Counted from the first letter of the stretch, positions 45,924 to 57,900 are shown. The stretch: 64,000 nt of DNA from Tetramitus jugosus (GCA_937625935.1 OW569344.1:186001-250000), one strand, 5' to 3'. The notes: generated by a model from the letters alone, not told the origin. Program-made: numbers and translations.

Positions 45924-46967
45924 ATGATCGCTGGTGCCATCTCTGTAACTGCCCTTGCCTTGGTCCTTGCCAGAAGAAGAGCCTACAATAACACCACCTC
46001 TGCTATCGCTACCACACAACTGCAAGAACAACCAACCACTGACACTTCATCATCAGCACCACCACAAAATCAAGTTGATGTTGATGATCAATTGTTGGAC
46101 AGTTTGTTGGACAACCTTCTCACCCCTAACAGCAGCACTGGCACTAGTAGCAGTAACACTCTTCAATTTGTCAAACAATTTTATGATGTGAAATCAGAGT
46201 ACAGCAGAGAATGTGAGTGTGAATTTGGATTCTCAAGACCAGGATTCAAGCAAGACTCTGTCACTGGTAGAGTCGCCTATCATGACAAGCACTTGTTTGT
46301 CTTGACGAGAAAACAGGCAACAGAGTGGTCAGAAGACTTTGGCAAGGACGGATTCCCTGCTCAGCTCAAGAAGACTCTGAGAGAAGTCAACAAGAAGGAT
46401 CGATGTCTCGTTTCAGTGGCTGAGGCAGTCGATGGAGAAGACGCTAGTGATGAAGACAATGGATTGTTTAGTGTGATTGTGATGCCTGATATGATCAAGT
46501 ACACTGGAGTCACCATGGACAGTATGGCAGTCATGTGCAATAATTTGTTTGGTACAAGTGATGGTGATCTATCCTCGTCGACGGACATCAAGAGAGAGAC
46601 GATTCAAGGTGCACAAATCTTTATCTGTTGTCATGGATCAAAGGATATGAGATGTGGTGTGTGTGGACCACAATTGTACAAGGCATTTGCGGAACAGATT
46701 CCTCAATCTGGATATAGTCAAGAGCCTGTTGCCATTCGAAGATGCAACCACATTGGTGGACACAAGTTTGCCGGTAATTTGATCATTTACAAGTACAGTG
46801 CTGGTAACAGAAGAGTGTTTGGTGATTGGTATGGTTATGTTGATCTGAGTGATGTTGATAGATTGATCAATACACACTTGATTGCCAACCGTATTGTCAA
46901 GGACATTTGGAGAGGAAGAGCCGGTATGAAGAATGAATTGGCTGAAAAGTTTTTGCAATTCCAATAA
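45924..46967 (+). CDS. Apd1/Aim32-like thioredoxin-fold ferredoxin (sucrase/ferredoxin-like) with N-terminal membrane anchor
   Basis: FICCHGSKDMRCG and NHIGGHKFAGNLI (C-x8-C...H-x3-H [2Fe-2S] ligands), plus WYG and WRG. Confidence 0.88.
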   Translation: MIAGAISVTALALVLARRRAYNNTTSAIATTQLQEQPTTDTSSSAPPQNQVDVDDQLLDSLLDNLLTPNSSTGTSSSNTLQFVKQFYDVKSEYSRECECEFGFSRPGFKQDSVTGRVAYHDKHLFVLTRKQATEWSEDFGKDGFPAQLKKTLREVNKKDRCLVSVAEAVDGEDASDEDNGLFSVIVMPDMIKYTGVTMDSMAVMCNNLFGTSDGDLSSSTDIKRETIQGAQIFICCHGSKDMRCGVCGPQLYKAFAEQIPQSGYSQEPVAIRRCNHIGGHKFAGNLIIYKYSAGNRRVFGDWYGYVDLSDVDRLINTHLIANRIVKDIWRGRAGMKNELAEKFLQFQ

Positions 46968-46977
46968 ATCAACTGAT

Positions 46978-49407
46978 TTATCTCTGTGAAGATGAGAGCA
47001 GTGATACATGATCCGAATGGCTTTGTTTTAGGGAATCGTAGCTCGATCGTTTCTTGTTGTGCTGATGAGATATCAAATATGCTTGTCCAATGACAATCAA
47101 GATGAGCAGCATGCTGAGACCGAAGAAGATTGTTGTCAGACCAAAAGGCACAGCAGATGCTGCTTTGATCGATACATCCAAGCGGTACGTGCATTTGGTA
47201 TGAAAATCGTTCAGAACAACGATCGTTACCACAAGTTGCTTATGTCTGGTGATAGGAGCCTGGGGAACACGAATCTGGCTGGTACCATTGGCACTAATGT
47301 GGAAGTATGCGAAAGCATTATTTTGATTACTACTCTGGACAACTTCGCTCAATTGTATCAACGATAGACGTTTGATTTCACTATCATCAATTTCCTGCTG
47401 GGCCTCGCTAACATTCACCAAGAGAGCAATGTTTCCTACACCAGTTAACAATGTTGAACTGACATCTAGCTCAAGATAGTTCGAATCTGAACGAAGCGCC
47501 AGTTTGAACACGTTGCTCTCTTGACCGAACAAGAAACCTTGGAACGAATCTTTCAGTGGTCTTCCACTCACTATTGAATCATAGGGAAAGTGTCCTGCAG
47601 AGCAATCCAGTGTCTTGTAATTGCTGTTGCACTTACATGCCATCGCTCCATCCTTACTTACATCTGACACACAATTTCCATGTCCAGAACATTCATTCGG
47701 ACAATATGACTGATCGGTAACACAATCTACAGCATCATTAATATCACAAAGTGCATTCGTACTGGCCGACTTGGTTGAGTATCTCTTGAGAACTTCAATT
47801 GGAGTATTGAAATACTGTTGATTAGTAAATTCGCGTTCAACCTCCGCACCTCGATAAATGCCATTGAAGGCGAGATATTGAGTCAATCCATTATATGATT
47901 TGAATGAACCGTGTAATCTGCCATCATACTCACCCTCCAGATCGATATCAGTCAGAGCAGTAGCACGTTGTGCATTAAAGAACTCTCTACCACTCCAATA
48001 CACTGTTCGGAGCATTTCCTGTACTCCCTTAGGATTGGACCGAATATTAAAGATATCAGTTGCAAACAGTAATGGTACATTGTGCTTGTCCAACACATTA
48101 GATAGCAAGTCGTGAGGTGCATCAACATGTATATCATATTTCATTGAATCATACACCCTTCTACTGCATATACTTTCCATCTTAATATTATTCGCAACAC
48201 CCAAAGTGGTTAGAACAGCACCGTCATTCAAATATCGAAGCAACAAATCTTCAAAAGCATGATTCAGTTGAGTGACACGAGAGTCACTGATATCAACCGT
48301 ATTAGACCTTGTAACTTGTTCAAACAATGATTCACAATTCACAATCTTATCCTTCTTTGCTTCCTCTAGACATGACTGCACTAATGGAGTTACACGCACA
48401 GTGTCTCCATACGAAAGATAGCCTCTCATGTAATCATAAGAAACCATAGTCGGGTATTGGATAGACGGATACAGTACAGGATCAAATATCACATTTCCCA
48501 TAATCTGAAAAGTCAAATCAGGATCACTCTTCAGTATCTGATTCAAATAAAGTACAGTTTTTGTGTCGTAGTCACTTGTCACAAAATAAACTTGTGAGTT
48601 CTTCAATTTGGGATACATGGCCATAAACTCTCGCAGTGCACTCTGCAAGTCTAACGCAGAAAACTGAGCACGATTCGGTGTGCCATTCCCTCGTTTCGCA
48701 CCATCCTTCATATCCACATAAGAATACCCGGTCATTGCAGGCGCGTCAATATATAACACATTACCCAAACGATTCCAAGTATGAGTCATCTGATCACTCC
48801 TGGATCGTTCACTTAGAACAAATTGATCTTGTCCCTCGCCCAACGGACTCAACACAATTGGACCAGACTCGAACAACAATCGTGACATGAACGAACAACC
48901 AATCGAGCCATTCACAGCACCAAAAGAAGAAGTAGCACCTCCACCACCTACAACAACAAACAATGGCACAGTATCATCAAAATCCTCTCCTGCTTGTTCA
49001 GATATCATTGGCCAATACCAATAAAACAAATGAACACGTTGTCTGCTATTCACATTGTCAACTTCTTGTTTTTCTCTGGTGTTTTGACCATTAGTTGCAC
49101 GATTCAGATATGGAGCATCGAACAAGTCATCAATCTGATGTTCACGAATGTTGCTACTCTTGGTGCTAGAATCGCTCTCATTTCTCTTGGCAACCAAAAC
49201 AAGATGCTTATTCTTCTTATCTGTCCGTATACTGTACTGGAAGGACAAGTAGCCAGTATAGGAGGGCACAGTCGTCGCAGTCCCGAGATGAGGCAACGAC
49301 GTGATTCGGTTACTCGTGCTTGTGAATGCAAATGTTGTGAATAGAGTCAACAACATACACAAGCACAGCGAGAATAAGAGAGAAAAAGAATGGTGTGACA
49401 TGGCCAT
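46978..49407 (-). CDS. Serine-carboxypeptidase (S10)-like domain plus EGF-like domain and TM; catalytic motifs degenerate
   Basis: SYTGYL, LFYWYW, LFESGP, TWNRLGNVLYIDAPAMTGYSY; EGF CPNECSGHGNC...CKCNSNYKTLDCS; C-terminal TM. Confidence 0.82.
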   Translation of the reverse strand: MAMSHHSFSLLFSLCLCMLLTLFTTFAFTSTSNRITSLPHLGTATTVPSYTGYLSFQYSIRTDKKNKHLVLVAKRNESDSSTKSSNIREHQIDDLFDAPYLNRATNGQNTREKQEVDNVNSRQRVHLFYWYWPMISEQAGEDFDDTVPLFVVVGGGGATSSFGAVNGSIGCSFMSRLLFESGPIVLSPLGEGQDQFVLSERSRSDQMTHTWNRLGNVLYIDAPAMTGYSYVDMKDGAKRGNGTPNRAQFSALDLQSALREFMAMYPKLKNSQVYFVTSDYDTKTVLYLNQILKSDPDLTFQIMGNVIFDPVLYPSIQYPTMVSYDYMRGYLSYGDTVRVTPLVQSCLEEAKKDKIVNCESLFEQVTRSNTVDISDSRVTQLNHAFEDLLLRYLNDGAVLTTLGVANNIKMESICSRRVYDSMKYDIHVDAPHDLLSNVLDKHNVPLLFATDIFNIRSNPKGVQEMLRTVYWSGREFFNAQRATALTDIDLEGEYDGRLHGSFKSYNGLTQYLAFNGIYRGAEVEREFTNQQYFNTPIEVLKRYSTKSASTNALCDINDAVDCVTDQSYCPNECSGHGNCVSDVSKDGAMACKCNSNYKTLDCSAGHFPYDSIVSGRPLKDSFQGFLFGQESNVFKLALRSDSNYLELDVSSTLLTGVGNIALLVNVSEAQQEIDDSEIKRLSLIQLSEVVQSSNQNNAFAYFHISANGTSQIRVPQAPITRHKQLVVTIVVLNDFHTKCTYRLDVSIKAASAVPFGLTTIFFGLSMLLILIVIGQAYLISHQHNKKRSSYDSLKQSHSDHVSLLSSSQR

Positions 49408-49495
49408 GTACGATTCTTCCTTACCTGGATTTTGTTTGTTTTTTGTTTGCTTTTTCGATGTGAAAGCTCCACTTTTTTCAGCTGGATGTCGTTGT

Positions 49496-50539
49496 TTATT
49501 GCTCCCGTGATTGTTGCTGTTGTTTGTAATGCTGGTCCAGTTTGTCCTTGATAAATTCATACATGGTCATAATAATGGCAGCATTGGGAGCAGTGTATGC
49601 AATCCGAGGGCCTAATCCCTTGAACAGAGCGCGAACTCCTTCTTCCTTGTAAACTGTCCGAAGTCCATGCACCATTCCTTCATAATAAGTAGTGGCACCA
49701 CCCGTTCCAGCTCCAAAGTTAGCAGCAGCTCTCCTTTGAACTTGCATTCTTGTTTTCACGACATCCAACGGACAAACTACAACACCAGACACTGTACTGG
49801 CAACTGCTGCACTAATCAAATAGGACCACGACGATGAAGAAGATGCCTTTTGCTCGTCAATTTTGAACCACTTTTTCATGTATTCATAACTCATGAAATA
49901 AATGGCAGATTGAGGACCAAACGTGGCCAAAGTAATGCCATAACCTCGGTACAGAGCGCGCAAACCGTCAGATCGCACCATCTTTATCACATCTCTCATC
50001 TTCATTTCACTTCGATTCACTTGTAATCTCTCTTTTAAAACATCGTGAGGTACCCAAACAACACAGCTAAATGTTTCGGCCAGAAATCCACTTGTTAAAT
50101 GACTCATAGCCAATTTCCAACCACTACTGCTCGTGTTGCCACTGTTCTCACCAGATTCTACAAAAACCTTGAACTGAGCATTGAAAAAGTCATAAAACGT
50201 CAAATAGAGCGTAATGGCAGGTGCAGTGAACAATAAGCTAGCTCCTAGTCCCTTGTAGAATCCTCTGATACCCTCTTGTTGTCTCATTTTTCGAATTGCA
50301 TCCATAGAGCTCTCATAATAACTTGCGTTCGCATGATAACGATGTTGTTGCTGTTGTTGCACTTGCAATCTTGCTTTGATCGTGTCAATAGGATGCAGGA
50401 TGATGCGACTGGAGAGACCAGATATGGCTGATGCATAAACAACAGATTGAGATGGTAACAGAGACGACCACCGATCGTCCTTATTGTGCACATGGCTCAC
50501 ATTATCATGATGGTCACTCTGTTGTTGATCTTTTTTCAT
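49496..50539 (-). CDS. Mitochondrial carrier (SLC25)
   Basis: PIDTIKARLQ, PHDVLKERLQ, PLDVVKTRMQ. Confidence 0.92.
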   Translation of the reverse strand: MKKDQQQSDHHDNVSHVHNKDDRWSSLLPSQSVVYASAISGLSSRIILHPIDTIKARLQVQQQQQHRYHANASYYESSMDAIRKMRQQEGIRGFYKGLGASLLFTAPAITLYLTFYDFFNAQFKVFVESGENSGNTSSSGWKLAMSHLTSGFLAETFSCVVWVPHDVLKERLQVNRSEMKMRDVIKMVRSDGLRALYRGYGITLATFGPQSAIYFMSYEYMKKWFKIDEQKASSSSSWSYLISAAVASTVSGVVVCPLDVVKTRMQVQRRAAANFGAGTGGATTYYEGMVHGLRTVYKEEGVRALFKGLGPRIAYTAPNAAIIMTMYEFIKDKLDQHYKQQQQSREQ

Positions 50540-50659
50540 TTTTTATGGGGAGGTGTTTTGGATGTTGCAGCTTCACGAAGGAGAATTTTATGTTATAAAT
50601 ATTTTATCAATTTGATTTGGCGCTGTTATTTACAGTTCGATGCCGAACGAACATTGAGC

Positions 50660-51565
50660 TTACTCGTCAGAGGTTGGTGTGCTTGGAACTTCCGCATCAG
50701 CCTCTATCTTACTACTCAACATTCTGGGTGTCAAGTTTGTGGCACCACCTTCTTCGAGCTCTATCAACCGTTGTTTTCTCTTGTCGTCACCTTCGACCTC
50801 GACACGCCAAAATTCTTCAGTGAATTGGAATTGCAGTGACCCACCGAACCGTTGTTCCACTGTGGTCATATCGAAAAACTTTGAAAATTCCTTTTGCTTG
50901 TCATCGTTTCCTCTGACAAAATGAACCTTTGCTCTCGTAGCAGAGTTAATAAAAGGAGAAATTGCCTTCCACAAAACATTAAAGATAAATGGTGCATCGA
51001 CAATGTAGCAACCTCCCAATCTCTCTGGATAATGATTACTCATGATATTGATCATTTCTTTACAGACAGAGATTGGAGGTTGAACCTTCTTTGAGAAATC
51101 GTTGAAATCAACAACGAGAATGAGTTGCTCAACGTTTGGTCCCATGGAATCAATCGCTCTCTCCACAGTATAAACAATCAACTGCAAATTCTTTTCATAA
51201 TCTGTAGAGTTTTCTCTTGCAGGTGTCATGTAGATGACTGGTCGACCCTTTTGATCAACACCACGTCTAAAAATCTTACCAGATATCGCTTGAGCAGTGA
51301 GGTCAGAAGCGAAAATGGCTTCTGGTTTGCTTGTTCTTCTCCATTCGATGCTTGACTTTATCAGCTTCATCGACTTTTTCAAATCCCAATCTCTTGCCTT
51401 CAAATATCGAATTAAACAAGCTTCACTGCAATAGCTTTGTAGTTTTGGTTCGAGGTTCAGTTCTTTCACCTCTAGGATAAATTTGTTCAGTGTTTGTTCT
51501 TGAGCACTGGTCAGTGTGGACCTTGGTTCAATTTGGGTTGACACATTGATTGTCATGGTTGACAT
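50660..51565 (-). CDS. CRAL-TRIO/Sec14 lipid-transfer protein (Pdr16-like)
   Basis: CLIRYLKARDWD...SIEWR, GVDQKGRPVIY, HYPERLG and ISPFINSATRAKVHF. Confidence 0.92.
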   Translation of the reverse strand: MSTMTINVSTQIEPRSTLTSAQEQTLNKFILEVKELNLEPKLQSYCSEACLIRYLKARDWDLKKSMKLIKSSIEWRRTSKPEAIFASDLTAQAISGKIFRRGVDQKGRPVIYMTPARENSTDYEKNLQLIVYTVERAIDSMGPNVEQLILVVDFNDFSKKVQPPISVCKEMINIMSNHYPERLGGCYIVDAPFIFNVLWKAISPFINSATRAKVHFVRGNDDKQKEFSKFFDMTTVEQRFGGSLQFQFTEEFWRVEVEGDDKRKQRLIELEEGGATNLTPRMLSSKIEADAEVPSTPTSDE

Positions 51566-52286
51566 AGAAGATGCAGTCGTACTGTTGTGTTTGTTGTTGT
51601 TGTTGTTGTTGAGATTTGAAAGGTTTGACAGCAGTTGAGAGTTAGCAAAAGAAAATCAAGCGTTGTTGGAAAAGGAGCAATGAATGTTGACAAAGTCGTT
51701 GATTGTCTCTTGAAGTAGTCGATACATACAGTTTGGACATGTGCGTTTCTGTAATGTAGCTGACTGGTAAATTAGTTGCTTTGTTTTGTGATGGTGACAA
51801 GTGTGGGTGAATGGGAGTTTTTATTCTACGAAAGACAATTGTGTTTTTGAACGAAAATATTCCTTCTCAGGCTTTTTAGACCATTGTTTAGGATATCTGT
51901 CAGAACATGCCCGGCAGCAAAGTCCGGCAAAGGACATTTCCAACGGGCGATATTCAATTTTTCCGACTGCTTTTCGCCATCAAAGAATTCCACGGTCCTT
52001 GCGACTGCTACAGTTGAACTCCAATTGTGCGTTTGAACTTCTTCTTCACGTATTCCCTATGGAATGTGAGTACTGAGCAGTTCTCATGATTTTATTTCGT
52101 GGACGTGCGTGATCTGGATCTGTTACTACAGTTCAACCACTATCTTGAAACCGGTTCAATGCAAACTCCGAACTCGAAAGCGAAGGGGAATCGGCCGAAT
52201 ATTCCTGATGATGATTGGAAAAACTCACCAATCGACGTGTGAGTTATTACGAAAAGAAAAACACACAAAATCAATCTTCATCTAAA

Positions 52287-53363
52287 ATGTTCAAGAGCGT
52301 TATTGCTATTGTATTATTGATCGTTTTGGGAACTGTTTTGGCAGATACCCACATCCCACTTCCAACCTCCAACGGTCCAGTCAGTGATGCTGAACTCAAG
52401 ACTCTCTTCCACCAATTCATGCACAAGTATGAAAGAATGTACGGCACTGATGGTGATGAATCTGAGAGACGTTTCAACATCTTCAAGAACAATGTTGACA
52501 AGGCACGTTTCTACAACTCCATGGTCAACGACAATGTCTATGGTATTACCAAGTTCTCTGATATGGAAGAGTCTGAATTCAAGTCAAGATACTTGATGAA
52601 GAACCCAATTACCCCTGAACAATACAAGAGTGCTGTTGTCAGAACCTCCAAGGTTGAAACCGTCTCCAAGAGAATGGTTGACGCTGCTCCAGATGCATGG
52701 AACTGGGTTGATCACGGTGCTGTCACCCCTGTCAAGAACCAAGGTGCTTGCGGATCTTGCTGGGCTTTCTCCACTACTGGTAACGTTGAAGGTCAATGGT
52801 TCTTGGCAAAGAAGCAATTGGTTGCTCTTTCTGAACAAAACTTGGTTGACTGTGATCACACTTGTGATCCAAAGGACACCACTTCCTGTGACGCTGGCTG
52901 CAACGGTGGCTTGATGTGGAACGCTATGGAATACATTATTAAGAATGGTGGTATCGATACTGAAGCTTCTTATCCATACCTCGGTGTTGACAGCACTTGT
53001 GCTTACAAGAACGCCACCAAGGGTGCTTACATTACATCCTGGAAGATGTTGCCAACCAAAGAAGATGAGTTGGCTGCATGGTTGTCTGCAAATGGACCTG
53101 TCTCTGTTGCCATCAATGCTGAATGGCTCCAATTCTACATGGGCGGTATCTCTGACCCAATGTGGTGCAACCCTCAAAACTTGGATCACGGTGTCTTGTT
53201 GGTCGGTTATGGAACTGGTAAGACCATGTTCGGCACTGTCAAGAACTACTGGATTGTCAAGAACAGTTGGGGTGGATCTTGGGGAGAGTCTGGTTACTTC
53301 AGAATTGCTAGAGGAAGCGACAAGTGCGGTATTGCTTCTGTCCCAGTCTCTGCTTCTGTATAA
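52287..53363 (+). CDS. Papain-family (C1A) cysteine protease, cathepsin F/RD19-like
   Basis: Signal peptide, I29 propeptide (ERRFNIFKNN, GITKFSD), QGACGSCWAFS, LDHGVLLVGYG and KNSWG. Confidence 0.96.
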   Translation: MFKSVIAIVLLIVLGTVLADTHIPLPTSNGPVSDAELKTLFHQFMHKYERMYGTDGDESERRFNIFKNNVDKARFYNSMVNDNVYGITKFSDMEESEFKSRYLMKNPITPEQYKSAVVRTSKVETVSKRMVDAAPDAWNWVDHGAVTPVKNQGACGSCWAFSTTGNVEGQWFLAKKQLVALSEQNLVDCDHTCDPKDTTSCDAGCNGGLMWNAMEYIIKNGGIDTEASYPYLGVDSTCAYKNATKGAYITSWKMLPTKEDELAAWLSANGPVSVAINAEWLQFYMGGISDPMWCNPQNLDHGVLLVGYGTGKTMFGTVKNYWIVKNSWGGSWGESGYFRIARGSDKCGIASVPVSASV

Positions 53364-53658
53364 ATAAAAGAACGAACTCGAACTTTCTTTCACACCAACA
53401 ACCAACTGTAGGTTCCAAACTGTTTTTTGTTCCAATAATTTCCCTCATTGCGCGATCAGGACAGATCAACAACAGGATTCCTTCCCTGTCGAACCAAAAT
53501 TTTTGTAACGCATGTTCGATTCGATAATCTTCACAGAGAGCGGAGATTTCACAAGGTGCCCCAACCAGCGAAAAAAATCAAAACCACAAAACGTCACCAA
53601 CAACCACAACCACAACCAAGCACATTCAATTTCTCAATTAATAACATTATAGGATAAG

Positions 53659-54807
53659 ATGAAGGGAATTAAAGGAACACTCATTAGAGGAACCCAAAAG
53701 ATCAAGCAAAAGATGGGTAAGACCGACAAGACTGTTGATGATGAGTACGAGATGACTCACAGCAGGACTGTCTCCACTGAAAAGCAAGCACAAAACTTTT
53801 CAAAGCATGTGAATCAATTGATTGAGAATTATCATGCCATGAGCACTACTTTGAGCTTCTTGGCTGAAGACATTAGAGACCTCTATCAAACTAATGATCC
53901 AAATTGCAAGCAGAGACAAATGGCTGACCAATTGACAAAGATGATTGAAAGAATTGAACAGGGCGCTGTTTTGAAATTCGTAAGTTTTCATTTTTTTCTA
54001 ATTTTTTTTGGGAGGGTGATTTGCGCGCCCTTTTTGATCCCAATTGCATTCTACGATGGATGGCGGCAAGAATGGAGAGCTAACCTCATTTTTTTAATTA
54101 ATCTACTGTAGCAATCACAAGTCAAGTCCAACGTTGTTGAACCATCTGATGAATACGTTGTTCAATTCCCTCCACTCAAAGACTTGCACAACAGGCGTGA
54201 GAATGCTGTTTTGGAGTATGACTACTTCAAGGACAAGGTTCAAAAGATGTCTGAGAAGCAAAACAAGGATCCATTGGCCCTTCCAAAGGCAAAGGAGAAG
54301 ATGAACCAAGCCAGAGATGACTTTGAGCTCTTGAACAACACTTCCAGAACTGGTATGAGCGACGTGTTGGACAGAAAGGACCTTGTCTACAATCCAGCTC
54401 TTGATCAATTGTTTGCCAACATTGTTCAATTCTATGAGAAGATTGCACAGGAGACTCAAGCACTCAAGACTTTGGCTGGTGAGGCAAGATCCAGTAGCTC
54501 CTCCTCCTCATCACACCATCACTCAGCGATAACCACCACCACAACCACAACTTCTTCCAAGGTGTTGTACCCAAGCCCTACCTCTGCTTCTGCTTCCTCT
54601 GCTTCACGCATTCCACCAGAGTTGGACGTTGAATACTTTTATTTGGATGCTGAGTTGGAGAGACATGGTCCATTCTCCTTCACTGCCCTGAAGCAAAAGT
54701 ACAGTGTCGGACAGATCAACTCTGATACCTATGTCTTTGGTGGTCAAATGCCAGATTGGACTCAAATCTCTGCTGTGCCACAATTGCAGAATGCTTTGTC
54801 ACAATAA
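53659..54807 (+). CDS. BAR-domain protein with C-terminal GYF-like domain; intron 53980-54111
   Basis: Amphiphysin-like start (RGTQKIKQKMGKTDKTVDDEY) and RRENAVLEYD. C-terminal YFYLD...HGPFS...L...GQINSDTYVF..QMPDW. Confidence 0.8.
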
Positions 54808-54933
54808 GCGCGTATACTTTGTTGTTAATCAATTATTATTATTAAACAACAGATCATGTACTTTATTCAAATATTAGTGCGTTTAGCTGTGAGTCAGTTT
54901 GATTGAAAGTTGTTTATATTTTGGAGTTTTAAA

Positions 54934-57900
54934 TTAATGTTCTGAGTGTCCTCTGATCATATCTGCAACCTTGTCCAATCCATTCTTGTACTCTGGTTGT
55001 TTCTTGAAAATTTGAGCAATCTTGGCACAACTACTGTGGGTGTTCAAGGTACGGTAGAGCTCAACCATACTCTGGAAAGGCCAGCCCTGATAATTGATGA
55101 TCAACTTTGTGTAAACCAAATGGAAATTGTTGTACAGTTGTCTCTGAATGATCTGATCGGACAGTGCTTTCACAGAGTTGGCATACTTTTCAACCACTGA
55201 CGAGGATGGTACATTGAAGCCACGCTTTGTCACTGATACACGCTTTTCATTGTCCATGTCCTCAGCTTCTGCAGTGTGATCCACAAGCGTATTTTCCGGA
55301 AGATTGAAAATCTTATTGAAGTAATGGATGCTGTTGGTTGTGACAGTCGAGCTTCTTCCAATCTTCATTCCGATCAGTTCCAAGAAATTGGCCATACAAT
55401 TACACTTGATGATCGTTTCAATGGTATTTGGATGGAATTTGATGATTTGATAGAGGAATCTCCATGCATTTCTGTTAAAGTCCATGTCCATACCATCTTC
55501 ACAAATTTCATAGATACGAGTCAGGAATGATTTGTCAACCGTAACCATCTCAAAAACGGATGAGCATTTCATCAAGTGACGCAATGCCTCAAGCATAAAC
55601 ATTCTTGGTCTGTACGCTCTTCTGTTCTTTGTGTTTTCACTGCACACAAAGTCCATCATTTGACTAATATCTGCTGTCGTAATCTCCAACTTTGGACCAG
55701 TGTATTCATTGCTGTTGGCCTCTGCAGAATTGTCCTTCTTCTTGTTTCGACCAAACATGGATAGAATTTGCTTGCCACCACTGGATGATTTCTTATTGGC
55801 ATCCTTTCCGGTGATCATACTGTTACACACGACAAACTTTGCGAATTTGGCAAGAAACATGGCTCCCATGATTGTACCTTGATGCATTCTACGTTCTCTC
55901 GACGTGGCAATCACCTCAGACAATACAGCATGGAAACCTTCATCCTTAATGAGACCGAGAATCATTTGATATGATTCGTGGTTCTCCGGATTCTTACCAT
56001 CTTCATTATCATAGTCCTTAATCGTGAGTGCATCACTGAGACCCTTGAAAACACAGGAACTGATCAGTGGAGGTTGAGAGTCGAGTGGACTGTGATGGGC
56101 GCTCTTCACTAAGTCATCGACCACGTTATTAGCCATAGAGTACACTTTTGTGAACAAGCTTTGCCAGCGTTCATCTTCCAAATATTGGAACAGTTTTCCA
56201 ACTGCAGTTTGTACATGTCCAATCTTTGATGTTGCCAATCGTCTCAAATGAATCACGATAATGTCAGTGGATTTGAATAGCTTGTTGATCGTGCTTTCAT
56301 GTCCCAGCGAGAACAAGAAGCGAAGAACAAATGTACCGAGACTAGAGATTTGAACGGAACGTGACCCGATCATTGACCACATGTGCATCTGGAAGAATTC
56401 AGGATTTTGTTCCAAGTATTTCACACATGTTCCAACCTTTTGTTGGATTGAACTGAGGAATAGTGGATACACACGATACACATTCTCCTCGGTCATTGAT
56501 ACACAGAGAGAACTTAGGAGATATATGAGCACAATGTCATTGATAAAGTTGCTGACAGAGGCTCCGAATCTGATCTTCACTAGTGCTTGCATCTCCATGG
56601 TGAATCTAAATAGTTGTACAGGCACTTCGTCGTAGAATGTTACAGCACAAGCAACGTCATACAATCCCTGTACATCACAGTTTCCAATAAAGGTCTCCAT
56701 AATTGGAACACCTTTTTCGTTCTTCAATAGACTGGTAATGAAGAAGGAAACCTTGGCTCTCAACAGGGCAGAGCGACTAGAGCTCAACATCTCCAATGCA
56801 GATTTAAATGTATCGATCGTTGTAGCAACTTGCAACAGCTCACTGAACTTCTTAATCTCCTGATTACCCTTGTAGAGAATCTTGTACGTTGGCTTTCGGT
56901 CAAAGAAGTCGGCAAATATATCGAGATAGGCATCTGTTTTGAAGATATCAAGGAACATCTTCGGTGTGACCTGAGTAGGATGTTGAACCTCATCAAACAT
57001 GCGAACAAGTTCAGTAACGTTTTTCTCGTGTACCTCCTTTGGAATCTTTGGGTAGTACCAGGAGTTGAGCACAGCATATCTCTGACTAAAGTCCATTCTC
57101 TTGAGAAGAATCTGAAGGAATCCGATATAGGAGTTCTCCTTCAACAGATTGAACTCAATGATACCAATGTCGAATGGAGGTATTTTGAATGTGACTTCTC
57201 TTCCCTGTTCAGTTAGATTGCAGTCATGAGCTTCGTTCAATTGTTCTTCCGAGAGATCTAATCTTCTCAGAGCAATTTGATGCTTCAAATCATCAATAAT
57301 GGCCCAATTGTACGGATCGCTACTCTTGGCGACAACAGAACTAATCGATCTTTCTCTTCTGAGTTGTGTGATCCAATCATTGGTTGTTTCAATCTTCTTC
57401 TTCTGTTCAACACCAATCTTAATCATCTTACTCAAGGACAGTCGACGAAGAAGCTTATGTCGATTCTCGTCTTCAAAGACACCATGAATGAATGGAACTA
57501 CTTGAGTGTGGAACACTCCATACTTGGCTCTGTTCTGGCATTGTGTTTCCCATACCTTGTTAAAGGCCTTTCGGATTAATTCTTGGTCTTGTTCCTTCAA
57601 CTTGGTCCATTCGTCTGATCCCTTGTATGACAAATGTTCATTGTTGTCTCTGTACACATGATCAATATCAGATGGACGCCTTCTTCTCTTCTTTTGTCTT
57701 GTCTGAGTCTTGTTAGAGGTAGTGTACTGATTCTTGTCTTCGAGTTCTTCCTCTTCTTCATCATTGTTCTTCTTGTCCAGAGAGTCGACTTCGACATCGG
57801 CAATTGGATGAGTAGGTGGATCGACAATACGCAGACCCATCAACTTTTGGAACTGGGCCGAATGAGGTGGCAAATGATCCAATCCCATGACAATAATGGA

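Noticed and set aside
49408-49560. Apparent overlap of the carboxypeptidase-like ORF with the carrier gene
   Set aside because: Artefact of an upstream ATG inside the carrier coding sequence. The signal sequence follows ATG 49407.
51570-52280. Long divergent intergenic region with a 91-aa ORF
   Set aside because: Non-ATG start and no motif, tRNA boxes or strong helices seen; most likely promoter and UTR.
52584-53435. 283-aa antisense ORF over the cysteine protease
   Set aside because: Shadow frame explained by strong codon bias of the sense gene; no recognisable motifs.
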